From the NCBI GenBank assembly GCA_051362555.1, contig CM120640.1:34739967-34803966 (forward strand): 64,000 nt of DNA, read 5' to 3'. This stretch comes from Lingula anatina. Its lineage: Eukaryota; Animalia; Brachiopoda. How positions within the stretch are numbered: position 1 is the first letter of the stretch; every line of letters starts with the position of its first letter. Positions 28,872-43,006 of this stretch are shown piece after piece. The position numbers and the translations under genes are program-made. Below the pieces are notes generated by a model. The model did no database searches and had not been told where the DNA came from. It saw nothing but the letters and a program-made list of their open reading frames with translations.

Positions 28872-29868
28872 GAGAGCGTATACAGAACAGCGGACTAACA
28901 GATCCGCGGATCAAATATGGCCGACCCACTTGAATGCTTGTTTCGTAATCCCCGCCGGAAATCTTTTCATTGTCTAATCGGGAATTAAAGAGGTAATAAC
29001 TCTTTGTGAGAGATCTTTATCCCTTTGTGTGAGATCTGTATTTCACAGTAAAAACATTGTAAACAACTCATAGAAATATAATATGTTCTGTTTTACCACA
29101 AAAACGGCAGTTATAGCTATTATTCTGATATCTGAGCTTGTCATCGGACCACATGACTTCCAAAGATGGCTATACTCTGTAACAATCTCTAAAGAGATTA
29201 TTACAAAAAAAAAACACACTTTTTAGAAAAAAAACAGGGACTTACTTTGAATGTAGAAATGGATTCATTAACCATTAGTAAGTATGGGAAATTTGCTGTT
29301 TACTACAGGAAATTTCATTTTTTGACCAAAAGGAATAGTTATTATCCCTTTAAGCAGCAAGCTTTTTAGTGGGTCGCCCTATTAGATCTGCGGATCTGTT
29401 AGGCCGTATTCAGAACAGTGGACAAACCAGTTCTGGGGTCAAATATGGCGACCCACAAAAAAGGCCCATTCAGAATGGATGATCCGAGAACTAACTGATC
29501 CGCCGACAAAATATGGCCGACCACTGTTCAAAAGCGATGCCGCTGATTCCTGATGCTCGCCCCTACCACACGCGCCTTTAAAAGGATTAAATCTCTGCTC
29601 CGAAGTTTAATTGCTAGGCCCTTGCAGAGACGGCGCGTGTGGAGGCGGGGAGGCCATCAGGAACCAGCGACGTCGCTTTTCAACTGTGGTCAGCCATATT
29701 TAGTCGGTGAATTAGTAAGAACTCGGATCATCCATTCTGTATTGGGACAAAGCTTGCCGTCTAATCCGCTAACAGACAATGAATAGATGCCTCGTGGGGA
29801 AGTATTCGAGTGTTCCGGCCATATTTGACCCTCGGACTAGTTAGTTCACGGTTCTGAATGCGCCCTGA
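28872..29868. mobile_element. Nested foldback / palindromic non-autonomous DNA element
   Basis: A motif family CAGAAC..GGAC.AAC.GATCC..G.TCAAATATGGCCGACCCAC occurs forward at ~28873, ~29401, ~29470 and inverted at ~29368-29402, ~29685-29745, ~29810-29866. Inner inverted repeat ~29463-29577 pairs with ~29632-29746. Confidence 0.7.
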
Positions 29869-32800
29869 GAGGAGGGGGTTACGTATCTAATGTGTATCTA
29901 TCTGCACACTGGTATCTGAATGCTTCTATCCCCATGCCGCAGTTAACTACATAAAAATATGTAAATTCATTTGATCCCCAGCAGTCCTTTCTTAGCAACG
30001 CAGTTAGTGTCCATTAACAATTCGTCGTACTGTTTTATAAAAAGTCTTCCAAAATTTTTATTTAGGTGACCTTCACATATTGTTTAAGACGTACTTAAGG
30101 GGTAACTGTAGTAAGTGCCATTAAATGTTGAAAAGCTAATCGTTATGTATAACAAACAACAGATTAGAGAAGACAAATTTTCGAAAATTCCTAATTTTGC
30201 CCATCTACTTAAGATGACATCTTTTTTTCAAAATCAATCTGATTTGACAAAGAAAAATTGTCAAGAACACATAAATGCAATGTACTTATCATTCTGACCT
30301 TATTCCTCAATGTCAGCTCTCTTGCCAGTTCTTGGTCTGTTTCCGAAATCCCGATTCCCTGTCGTGGAACAATGGTGATTTTCTGCTAGATACAAAGGCA
30401 TTTATCTTGACTTAAAAAAGAGAGGATGAACCAGAGATAAAGAGAGCATCCGACAATGCTTCCGACCGCAGCTAAAAATGGGGTTTATGTAGCTACGCTC
30501 CGCTTCTGCCCAAACAGACGGATTCGGACAAGCGGGGAACAATTAATAAATGGCCAATAATTGTACGCGCATCTAAGTTTTTTTCAGGGACCGTATACTA
30601 AACACTTAGTTCGATGCTGACATCTATTCCGCTTACATCCCAAGTCCATCCTTTCAACAAGGAAACATGTCAAGCAGACGATGGGTTAATTACACAAAAT
30701 CATTGCTTAGCCATATCCATTTTACGCCACTTATCAGTTGTACAGATGTGTCAACAAACAAGATATACCGATTCACCTTTCTTTGGTTTAAATTTCAGAC
30801 CACGGGAAAAAAATTAGATCATCTACAGTTTATCTGAATGGTTAACACAATGCAACCGGGAGTTGTGGGAGGTAGTTAAGATGGAGTGGTGCGTCTTACT
30901 CTTTAACCATTCAAAGTAACTTCTTTAAATGCTAAACACGACTTATCATGTCAGAAATGACTGATGAGAATCCTGTGGAGAAGAATTAATCTTTTCTGCA
31001 ACCTCTTCAGAGGGAATGTTTGTGTATTAATCAAAAATATTGACTGCTTATTTCCGATTATAGTAACAGCTTATAAATCAACTGAAATTATCAGAGACGG
31101 GTTAGTCTTGGAAGTCGCCTGAAAATCATCATGGAGTTACATTCAATGAATAATTTTCGTTGATATATTTAGTAATGTCTGTCTGACCACGTCATCACCT
31201 ATGAGTATGGGAATAACTATAACGTTGGTAGACGTCAGTGCAAACGAAACAATTACGACGTCAGAGGGACCGATAGACTTGGTAGTTGCCTTTTAATGTT
31301 GGCGTTTATGGCTCTCTATTATACAGTTCCTGAAAACATCGTTTTTATATGAATATATGTACGCCCCCTTCTTCACTTCTGCGCAAGGAATTAACTTCTT
31401 TGCGCAGGAGCTCTCGCAATGTTCTGAGTTTCATTCTTAAGAAACGTCAAATATATATCACTTGTGCACGCCTTGCCAGACCACTTTAAAAATGAGGAGG
31501 ATTACTTGTTCAAGGATGGGAAAGGAGGAGATGAATTAATGATTGCCCTGCAATTTTTCAGTACAAATAAAGACTTATAAGTATATAAAGAGTTAGAATG
31601 ACACTATGAATTTTACTAGATACACTATATACAGTGTATTTCGCCCGGGAGGGACGATGTAAAACAAAACAGCCTCAAGCAAATATAAACATCAGATACT
31701 TCTTGTCGGGGATAGAGGCTATCTGAACTGCGGTTTTGTTTTATTTAAGATGTGTTGCCCAGGATTTTCTTCAGGTTGCTATCAGCGGTCCTTCACCCAG
31801 GCTTTAATTATTAATTTCGTTTAAGGCTAAAAGCATTTCATCAGAAGTAGCGCAATTCAAATCGACATATAATAATAGGAGTCATCAATAAGTAACACGT
31901 GTCAAAATGCAAATACGGAACTGTTTTCTCTTGGGTATAGAAGACCACTTTCATTAATTGTGAACTGAACATTTTATTGTTACTTCAGCGCGAGGTCTTA
32001 CTTTATTGACAGCTACAGAATTCTAGGTCATTTTCAGCTGTGTTCACACAAAGGTTTAAAACAAAATCGAACAAAACGCGAAATTTTACGCCACAACGTT
32101 GGGATCACATGGGGACCAATGGGGTAAACGTGCAGAGACAATTTTGCCGAATTTGTCCGTTAAGAGATGCGAGCACTCAGTTTTTGGTTAACAACAGTTC
32201 ATGTTGGGCTGGGTTCTATGTTTAATTAACTAAAACTTGTAAAGTGCTGGTCAAAAAAGCCGCTTGTCCGGAAAATTAATCAGGAAAACTTAGTTAAGTC
32301 AGATCGACCTTTAGCGTCTTCCAAGATTTGTAAGCAAAGTTATTCCAGAACTATAGTACCCTTGCTAGGTCCTACATCGTAAAGTGAGAACAATATATCT
32401 ATGCAGCAACAGGTGGGTTCTTGACACAAAACATTGAATTATTTTTCGTACATTTTATTTGAGTACCACTTATTTTATTAACATCGTGCTGTGGGACGTG
32501 CCTCAGAAATCGTTTTAGTAACAGCTGTCAATTTTGCAGATTTACAGACAATATGAAATATAATCGGTCGGACACCTCTTGTAAAGGCTTTAAACAGCAT
32601 TGCAAATTTTCTCTTTCTTTCTTTTTTTCCCCATTTAGTCAAAAAGTTATTCTTGTCATAGTACATGAAAAAACAATCAATCTCCCAAGATCTTATCATA
32701 GTGTAAATTTCAAAGCGCAGGCATCTATGACCTCTTTTTCATTCTCTATTAAATCAGAGAATAATCTCATCAGCTGTGTTGTTATAAGAATAAAGAATTT

Positions 32801-33429
32801 TTTTCTTCAATCACCAGCTAAATATTGAAAATTGTCTACCTACAATATTTCATCACATCAAGAAGACAGGGGGCCACTCTCAACAGAAAAGATGGTGCCA
32901 TCTTCCCTGCCTATACCTGCCTTTCCTAAGGCAATGTGTATGTGTGTGTGGGGGGGGGGGGCAAGTTTATTTCCTGAATACAGGCTTTTCACCTGGATAG
33001 ACTCATTCCGTGATGAATATACTCTGATAGACATTAAAATATTGGAGGTGAATAATTTTTTTATATTAAGCTGTTGATTGCAGAAAAAATCCTTTATTCT
33101 TATTCCCTATTACGTTCTTAAAAAGATCAATATTTTTCGAAAATGTCCTGTCATACAAAATAGAAAAAAATATATTCCCTGTCGATGGCACTCACGGGAT
33201 AATTTGCACTTCGGCCCAACATTTTGCTTTTTAGCTGGTGTAGGATAATATCATTGACAGAAAAAAATCTGTGAATCTAACTCAAGCTGAAAATGTATTG
33301 TCCATGGTACCTAAAACAATTAATTTTCTCGGCTCATTTTTTTCTTTTCTTCAGCAAAGTGGAAATTTAGCACCTTAGCAATGGTAAATGAGGCATACCA
33401 TTTGATTTTTTTCTTTCTAACATTTTCAT

Positions 33430-35299
33430 TCATGAACCAAAAGCAGTGCGAATAAAGGAATCAGAAGCCGTGAGTGATAACCTAGTATAGCATTCACTAG
33501 CTGACGGTCTTTTCTCTGGTTGGGACTCCCAACATCGCTCCATGATTTCCTTCCACTCTTTCGGCGGTGGACTTCGGTTTCGCATCGTGAATTCGGGGCG
33601 CATGCCGTCCAGGACGTACTGCATGAATTCAAAGTGATTGGCATGAAGATCGGGGAAGACCTTAACTCCGTACCACATCTCCCAGAGAATAAGACCGAAG
33701 CTGTACAAATCTGCCTGTTTGTTGTAGGCCATGCCAGCAAGGACTTCAGGAGCGGAATAGGCAATTGTCCCGCACAGTGTTCCCGTTATCTGGGACTCAG
33801 CCTTGGTCAGCCCGACATCGCTGAGTTTCAAGGTGTCTTGTTTTGTCACCTAGAAAGGCAAAAGTAATCTATTATGTTGATGTCGAAGAAATAGAATACA
33901 CAAAGGGACATTGATACACAATGGTGCCAACATTTTTACACCTATTGTTTAACCTATTCCTGAGATTTTTGAGGACTGCTCTGTTTGCAACCAAGTACAA
34001 ATGCCATATGCCACATACGCCAGCGCGTAAGTGCTTGAAAAGCAGTGCATATATTTCTGCATGGACCTTAGCTCTCACTTCGATTGTCCGACCGTTTATT
34101 TCGTTAAACTGATTTCTGCAAATCTCAAAAGCCACACAGTGCATTGAACTGCAAACCCACACTCTAAGCGTATCTACTCTCCACAGGCTAAAGTTTGACA
34201 GCGCCATTAATGGTTGCATTCGATTCAATGCTCGTCTTGAGACAGGATCAATTACAAATTAGGCCTACGATGGCACTTAACATTAGCATTACAATTTCGA
34301 ATTTTCGCTGAGCAGCATGAATATAAGACAAAGTTGTTGGGACGATTTGTTGTAGGCTAACAAACGCCTGCGCCAACTTAATTTACAAGACATTGCCCAG
34401 CAGTTGTGATATCGAACATAGTTTTTGATTTTCATTTGAACCACAAAGGTCTACGACAAACATCTATCAAAAAAGAAAGAAAAACCATTTCTGCATCTAC
34501 AACAAAGCCAGCCGCTAATACAAATGTAGAAGTATGCAGTAAGCACTTATGCAGTAAGCGCTGCATGTAATAAATTTTATGTACAAAGAATATTTTTTAA
34601 GTAAAATCACATATACCACAGGCTACGTGACCTTTTAGCGAAAACAAAGCTTCGACCGAACAAGATAAAAAGCATTTCAATCGATTTAGCCTTGGGCAAT
34701 TTTTACCTATCAAAAATGTATTACTTCGTAGCACATTTTTGTACATACGTATAATGTGTCAAAAATTTAGGGAACGTTTTAGACCATAAATGAATTTCCT
34801 TGTTGTTTTCAAAACGCCTCATGTTAAAACTGCACATTTGTTTGTTTGTTTGTTTTTTGTGTGTGTATCCAGTTAAGTAGTTCAAACCATTTACATTAGG
34901 CAAAATGGACATATAGAGATATTATGGTAAAAGGTTCAGCACGAACGCAATTAGCAATTATTTCTTATAAAGTTGTGAAGATCTCTCTTAAAAAAGCAAG
35001 AAATTCTCTTCTGTCTAAATTAGTCCAAGATCACAAGCAAGTGAAGCTATATGTGTTCAATCAGCTATCAAAGTGCCGCGGCAACAGAGCGTGATAAGTT
35101 AAGTAAGAGAAAGCATTTACTCTGACCAACTTACGTCTTCGTCGTTATCTGTTAACTGAAACGGCAATATTAATCAAGTAAAGTGATAAGGCGGAAGGGT
35201 ATTGCTCACCAAACGATTACAGCGTCCACATCCACATCCACCAAGTCAAATGATTGCGGTGAAATTGTTTGAATATATGCATGTCTGAGTGCGTGCGTA

Positions 35300-35333
<34 letters not shown>

Positions 35334-35612
35334 AGAGATCCAGGAATCAGTCTGCGCCCCCCCCCCCCCCAAGGCCTGCAAACGAATCTGTCTTGATAAT
35401 TGGTTTTTTTTTTTGTAGTGTTTTTGTGTCTTGTAGTGTTTTTTTTCGATCACTTGTACTACACTTAAGTAGTATAAGTGATCGAAAAAAAAAACACTAC
35501 AACAAAATCCCTGACAATCAACGGTAGAGCGTATATGAAGGTTGGGTCCCCAGATCACCCAAAGCCAATCTGCACCAGCTGGCACACATTTAAGAAAAAT
35601 AAAACGTCTGAA

Positions 35613-35643
<31 letters not shown>

Positions 35644-38600
35644 TTGATAAATAAATACGAAAAATGCCAGAGACAGTTTGTTTCAATCCTGTATCTATGA
35701 CAGACACGACAGATGTTACTGACCAGAATATTATCCATCTTTAAATCTCTGTGAATGAAGCCCTTCTTGTGGATGTAGTCGATCGCCACCGCCAGCTGTG
35801 CCGCCATGTTTGAAACATAGGCAAAAGCCTTTCTCTGCGCCTCACCAGACCATCTTGCCGGCTGCTTATTCGGATCTTTAAAGATGGCCACTTTCAGGGT
35901 CTTGGCGCACAGCTCTGTTATCATAATCAGTCGCTCGTCTGGTTCCGTCTGATATATAGTACCAATGTAGCCCACGATATTTGGGCTGCCCTGAAGTCGA
36001 CTGGAAAAAAAGTAAAAGAAAAAACTGTCTAAAGTCTAAAACAAGGCAGCAAAGCTGTCAAATGTACAGACAAAAAGCAGGAAATAACAAAATAGGCTAC
36101 TGTCAATTCTGATGCAAAAGTACATTATGTTAAACTGCAAATTCGACATCAAATTCTAATTATGCTCAACAGGTAATATCAATGTAAGTAAAATGTGTAA
36201 CAAACATAAGGCTTCAGGCCCATGGGAGTTCAAGTTCACCCTTTGAAAATGTAAAACTTCCAGAAAAAGAAGTCAATTAGACTGCTTTTCCAACTCAGGC
36301 TGCATTTTAGTCCTGTATTTCTTTTTTGAAAGTTTGGCAATCATAAGTAACATGGTTTTCCCATAATGGTCATCATGGCAGCAGCACCCAAAATTGTGTT
36401 TTCTTCTATTCTGATGCAACATTACATAATGGTTACCAGCATAATGACAATCAATTTTTAATAATAAAATATACGTATCATGGATTTTCAGAAAATGTGA
36501 CAAGCATGGGTCAGCAAGCATGTGACAAGCATGATTGAATCTGACAAACTGCAATGATATGAGTTTATTTCCATTTTTGAAACTTTATTACACAATACAC
36601 GATAACAAATTAACCATCATTTTTACAAAATCAACTAACAATGTTGTAAAGATGCAGGAAATGTCAAACAAACACTTTTAATATCTTATTAATTAAATAA
36701 TGAAACTGTTAACATGCCTAAGAATTGAATCTGAGAAAATGTGAAAAAACAACATAACTTCTAAAATAATGGCCCGATTATGCTGATCTTTTAACTCAAC
36801 CTGCGTTTTAGAAGGATTGACCACTCCTGTGAGTTTAATGACAATTGGCTTATCTGTTTTTCTTATATTGTGTTTACAGTGTTGCATATATGCTGAAAAG
36901 TGAAAAAAAAGCATAACTACTAAAATAGTGGCCTGATCATGCCGATTTTCTAACTTGACCTGCGTTTTAGTAAGATAGATTACTCCTGTGAGTTTCATGA
37001 CAACAGGCCTATCGGTTTTCCTTGGAATGTGTTTACAGTGTTGCATATATGCTGAAAAGTGAAAAATAAAGCATAACTTCTACAATAATGACCCGATCAT
37101 GCTGATTTTCGAACTTGACCTGCGTTTTATGAATATTCATCAGCTCTGTAAATATAAAGCCAAATAGTAAAGCTGCCTTCCACTTATCGTGTTTACAATG
37201 AAAGTGCACGGCGCCGGCGACGGCGATGACGGGGACGACAGACGCAGGTGATGGCAATATGTACAGAAACATCTATATATATATTTACTGTACTGTTTGA
37301 GAACAGTAAGTGACATGGTTTTTCTTAAATGGTCATCATGGGAGCAGTGCCCAAAATAGTTTTTTTTTTCAAATTTTGATGCAAATTACATAATGTTTAA
37401 CAGCATAATGACCATCAATTTTTAATAATAAAATATTAGTATCATGGATATTCAGAAAATGTGACTAGCAAAGGTCTTCAGGCCCATGGAACTTCAAAGT
37501 CACAACTTGAAAATGCCAAAATGTAAACAAGACAGCACTGTTCTGAAATGTTTTTTTTTTCCATTTTTAACATTTTTTAACATAAAACAAAATTAACAGT
37601 TTACTGCCATTTTTATATGATCAACTAAGAAAATTGATGAGATGGGAAAAATATCAATAGAGCAGTGTTAAATGTCCAATTTCTTCCATTCTGAGATTCT
37701 GAACATAGTGAATGATTGAATCTGACAAACTGCAATGATATGAGTTTATTTTCAATTTTTGAAACTTTATTACACAATACACGATAACAAGTTTACCATC
37801 ATTTTTACAAAATCAACTAACAATGTTGTAAAGATGCAGGAAATGTCAAACAAACACTTTTACGTATCTTATTAGTTTAATAATGAGACTGTTAACATGC
37901 CTAAGAATTGAATATGAAGGAAATGTGAAAAATATGCTGAAAAGTGAAAAAACAGCATAACTACTACAATAATGGCCCGATCATGCTGATTTTCGAACTT
38001 GACCTGCGTTTTATGAATATTCATCAGCTCTGTAAATATAAAGCCAAAAAGTAAAACTGCCCTCCACTTATCGTGTTTACAAGGAAAGTGCACGGCGCCG
38101 GCATCGCCATCGCCATCGGCATCGCCATCGCCATCGGCGACGGCGACGACAGACGCAGGTGATGGCAATATGTACAGACACATCTGTGTCTGTACATAAA
38201 AATGATGTAAAACTCACCAAAATCAAAAGTAAATGTACAAATTACTAGAGCGAGTTTTTTTTTTAATTAAGGTAATTGTCAACCATTATCTGATCAAATT
38301 ACCACAGTATCAGATATATTTTCTTGGGTATTAAACTTTGCCATTTATGTGTAGATTCTCTCTGTTTAGGATGAACGCTTGTATGTTTATTTTCCTTTGT
38401 AAGTATTACATGTCAATCGGCCTTGATTTTTTTGGTATAGGTAATACTATTATATCTTATATATGTACATTTTGCATGCAGGCTATTATGCATGTGCATG
38501 TGAGTTCAATGAATTATTCCATACAGCCCACGCTTGCATTGATAAATAGTTAACAATCTCCAAAACCAAAACCCCAGAACTTACATTAAAGTGTCCTCTT

Positions 38601-41600
38601 CCATAAAGTAGTCACCGGCATTGTGGTACTTCAGGGCTTCCTTCATTTGTTTCAGAGCCACCCGCTGGACTTCCCCATTAATACGGACGCTGGCGTCGTA
38701 TACCTCGGCAAAACTTCCACTGGCAATCCATTTCTTTTCGATAATGTCAGATTTATGGATTGTAAAATGCCTCATATAGCGAGCGTGGAACAGTTGAATG
38801 CGACCGTGCAGCCTTTCACACTGTTTATACAGAGGGCTGAAAATTCGGACTAGTTCTCCTTCACTTCGTTCATCGTGCACAACGTCCTCGATCAGTTTTC
38901 GATCAGCGTCGATCAGGCGAGGGATCAATTTTCGAATGTGTTCGATGATCTCACGCAGGCTGGCCAGCTGGATTTCGACGACCCTCTCCTTCAGGGCCTC
39001 AGAGTCTAAATCTTCAATGGTTTCTCTGAACCATTTTTTCATTGTTCCAAGTTTATTTTGCTTATATTCGCGGAGTTGTTTGTCCTGTTTCACCTTCTCG
39101 CGGATGGCTATGCCCCCTATAATAGGTAATGCTATGATGGTGGCCACAAGAGCGAGAGGCACCCAAAGGGGGGCTGTAAGTCCGAGGACTAACTTTTCCG
39201 TCGAATTAAATAGCGGCTCGTCTGTCATTTGCGGCAGAGCATTTTGCGCCCCGTCCCCCGAAAACCCGTCGTCTTGCAGGCTCCCTTCGACGCGGCGCAG
39301 TTCCTCGTCCAGAAAGTTGAACTCTCTCTTGAAATATTCATAGAGTTCTTGGCGAGCTTTGCTGAAGTTGTGGTTGGCGCTCTCCCAGTCTCTTACCTCG
39401 TCTGTGATCACTTTTTGAATCATGGTGCGCGCGCGGTTCTCAATGTCGTCCATGTCGTCACCATCCGGAAGTTCCGCCGTGTTCCACTCATTCAGTCGCT
39501 CCATTGTGGAAGGACTGGAAAGAAACTGGTGCAAGCCGTCCACGATCTTTTCAATTCTGTCGTCAAGAGTATTTGTCATTTTTAGGAGGACGTCGTCAGA
39601 GGTTCGTTGAAGTTTGTCAAGGCGTTTTGTGATTTCTTCCTTTTTCTCCTGCTTCTCTTGCATTGTTCTTCTGGCGTTCATGATTTTTGTTCTAATGACG
39701 TAAGTCAGTCTACCGACAAAGAACTCGATCCACCTGTTTAACAATAAAAGAGATCGTTAAATTTTGAATTGACCAGAACATTTTTAACTTTTATGTTGTT
39801 TTTTATCATTCTCTTCTGCTGATTCTTTATACGGCTTATTACATATAAAACGGACAGATCCCCGTTTTATGAATATAAAAGTCAACTTTACTTCACGAGT
39901 GCGACACTTACTTATGATGCTTCGTGAGTTTGGTTTGAAGACTTTTAGGAACCAGTTCCTGGATCCCGTCCAGAAGTTTCTGGTATCCCTCAGTAAAACC
40001 TGCGCCCGCTCGTAAGTTTCTGAAAGCCTGGAAATGACAGTGTGTGGAAAATTATGGCGATGGACAATCACAAGAAAGACAAAAAAATAACCAAAAAGAT
40101 TTGTGAAAACTAGAAGCTGAGACTTAACAGACAAGAAATAACTTTGATCAATGTGTTATTTACTGTAGTATAGCCTTGTGCACACTGGGCAGTATAAAAT
40201 TAACCATTTATTAGCATAGCACTTGCAAGAGATATTATGAGATTCTGTCGTAACTGTGATTTGGCAAAACAATAGACAAAATAAATATTTAAAATACGTC
40301 CACAACAGTGGTTCAAATCTATGTTGAAAAAACGATAACGGCAGACAATTATATAATTTGTGCAGAACGATAATAAAGTGATGTGCGCCATCAGCAATAC
40401 GCACGTGGGACTCTGAACACGTGATAACCAAAATGTACACAAAAATGTACAAAAAGCTTACCTCAGTTACTGACAGGTAAAACACCTGCTTTTCCGTCAG
40501 ACCCTGCCAACATCTCATTAATTTTTCCAGAGTCTTCTTTCGAACTTCTTCCTCTTCGTCAGGTGGCACTTGGTCCCATTTGTTGAAAACAAAAATGGCT
40601 GACTCGGGATCAAACATTTGCAGTTGGTCTCGGTCCTTCGGGTCGGTGAGAATTTTCAGAAGTTTTTCGAGCTGAAACATGTAAAGAATTACCACTATAG
40701 CAAGTTGTAAAAACACTGTCCGTGGGACAGTTGATGAATATTGATGTGACGTAACAGGTGAAGTAGATTTTAATTATCATCGTGCCTTTCATTGGTGGCT
40801 AAATTTGGTGATTTAAAGTGGTGAGTTATCAGAAAAAGGCATCCCAATGAAACTCTAAAATAGTACAATATCATCGAAATCCTGTATCTATTTGAAAACA
40901 TTGACAATTGTCAATTGGGTTCAGAAATCCTCCTGTAAGTTCTGACAAAGGATGCATCTTTATATAAAACATGAAAAAAATTAATTATGTGGATTTAAGT
41001 GCCATTTTAACAGTAGTCAGAGTAACTGTAACAACACGCACACGTCCTTCTTGCACGCCGCCAGCATTTCCACTGTTGATGACGTAGATGAAGGCAAAGG
41101 CTTTTGGAAGGTAGTCCATCACAACCTTGTTCATAAACTCGTTCTCTCCAACACCGGGACTATCTACGATAAAAACATTACCCTGAAAATAAGAGTCGTT
41201 ATTTCATAAGATGATAATATATATATAATATACAGCAGTTTAATACTATAAATCTGTAATATGATATAGAAGTATTTCACAGTTTAATGAACCACGATTG
41301 TTTAACCTCTTTCAAGAACAAATTGCATTTATTTAAGAGATTTTCAAATCACAACGACGCTCATTTCATGTTTGGGTGGCAAATCCGAACGTTGTATAGC
41401 AGAATATAATGGTAAAATCAAGCAATAATTAAACAGCATTAGCACTGTACCAGCTACATTAATTGACATTGCGCTGGGTCTCGCCTCAAGGAGTACAATT
41501 CCGCTTAAAATTGCTGTCTCACCTGTAGCAATGGAATCGGCCAAAATATTTCTATGAATTTATACGTGTCGGCGCCCCTTTCTTTAGAGTTGGCGTATTC

Positions 41601-42592
41601 TTGAAGTTGGTCCTGAATAGACGAGTCTCCAGTTTTCTTCAGGTCGAATTCAATGGTTTCCCTCCCAGTGGTAGGGTCGGGTTCCATCAGATGGACAACC
41701 GCTCGCTTCCTGTCGTCGTTTTTCAACTGACAGAGAGTGGACGTCGTGCTCAGTAGAGAGTAGGGGAGAACCTCCTCCCCTAAGAGTAGATTCAGAAGGC
41801 TGCTTTTTCCCGCTGATGTCTCGCCTAAGTATTTTTAAAACAGTAATATGGAAATAATGCTTTAGGAATAGGGGTGACTTATTGGCGCATAACACTATTA
41901 CTTGTCACTTCTCTTCATCCAAAATCAGGCTAATAATTTACCTTCACATAAACCCTTAATTTCGAACAGTTTTTAAATTTAGTGCCATTTTTTGCTATCA
42001 TAAGCGTCTGAGCCAAAGTTCATACATTTCTATCTATATCTATATCTGCATCCAGCATACAGAAGTCATATAATGGCAATCAATTATCAATTATCAACAA
42101 ATCTGGCAATATTTACATTTTTAAAAAAGTTCTCATTTGACTTTATGTCACAATCACGCCCGGTCAAGTTCTTATCATATTTTAGAGATATTTTCATAAA
42201 CCACAATATATGTCAGGTTATCAGTGTTATCGCTTTTAAAGGACTGAATATGATTCATTTCGAAATGATAACTTCTCTCAAATCTTTTTAAACACAATAT
42301 ACACGCACAAGAACAAAACATCATCCCAAAACATCCAAAACATCCTCCCTATTTTTAATTTTCTGTAGAAACCTCACCGGCTACCAAGATCGGGCACTCG
42401 TCTTTCACCAGTTCGTGGTTATATTGTGTTATCTTAGCGATGCAGTTCGGAATTGCTGTCTCCACTTGCAATTTCAACTTGTCGTCGACTTTATTCATAA
42501 ATTCTCGGAGTTTTCCATACACTCGTGATAGTTCCTGGCGTTTCTTGATGTCTTCATCAATGAGTTTCTTCATCATTGTACTGGCCTATCAC

Positions 42593-42637
<45 letters not shown>

Positions 42638-43006
42638 GATAAAACATTAACTAAAAATGTGTAAATTTGTCTATCAAGATTAGTTGTAGACCTAGAAAAA
42701 AAATCTAGCACACATTTATGTATAATTAGCCAAGTTTAGGCCTTCATTGTAACGATTTACCCTTTTAAAGGGGTATTATAGAACCACAAATCTGCAGTGC
42801 ACTTTTATTAACCAACTTACCGGTAGTCTAGCTGTCTGTTTCTTCAGTTTGAACAAAAGCAGATTTTTGATGTCGTCCATAGTTTCCAGGTCCCCGTAGT
42901 CGATCTCGTGGAATTCACAGAAATCCATGGCCCCCGTGATGGAGGTCAGACGTTGCACGTCCTCCACTGTGTACTTGAACGACATCCCGTCACTTTGGTC
43001 AGCCAT
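33430..43006 (-). CDS. Dynamin/mitofusin-like GTPase - protein kinase fusion (DSTYK-like architecture), kinase motifs intact, 9 coding exons, ~1002 aa (gene A)
   Basis: Exons 43006-42821, 42585-42378, 41824-41523, 41182-41042, 40671-40462, 40027-39912, 39733-38585, 36000-35724, 33849-33430 (3009 nt, phase-consistent). G1 GETSAGKS, G3 IVDSPG, G4 NKWD; 30-aa hydrophobic segment at 39103-39192. Kinase motifs ASGSFAEV, VALK, HRDLKMDNIL, DVG, GTIAYSAPE, DLYSFG, CW..RP. A splice acceptor at ~43025 implies an upstream non-coding exon. Confidence 0.9.
36210..38186. repeat. Tandemly duplicated composite repeat with ~160-bp subrepeats in intron 7 of gene A (Helitron/Helentron-derived non-autonomous element-like)
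   Basis: ~36533-36750 matches ~37713-37930; ~37046-37273 matches ~37932-38184; ~36350-36500 matches ~37314-37465. Unit GTTGCATATATGCTGAAAAGTGAAAAA recurs at 36881 and ~37040. Each copy ends in a GC-rich GGCGAC/GCCATC microsatellite plus GACAGACGCAGGTGATGGCAATATGTACAGA. The element class is inference. Confidence 0.7.
42593..42636. repeat. (AAT)n microsatellite adjoining the acceptor of gene A coding exon 2
   Basis: Pure AAT run; reads (TTA)n on the coding strand just before GTGATAG. Confidence 0.92.

Noticed and set aside
36693-38183. Three related minus-strand ORFs (e.g. GDGDADGDGDAG) that look like a small gene family
   Set aside because: They are translations of the duplicated intronic repeat, with frame changes between copies.
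33430-43006. Calling gene A DSTYK, mitofusin or a ROCO/LRRK kinase
   Set aside because: Architecture is DSTYK-like but orthology cannot be shown without phylogeny; mitofusins lack a kinase; no Roc-COR or LRR motifs were seen.
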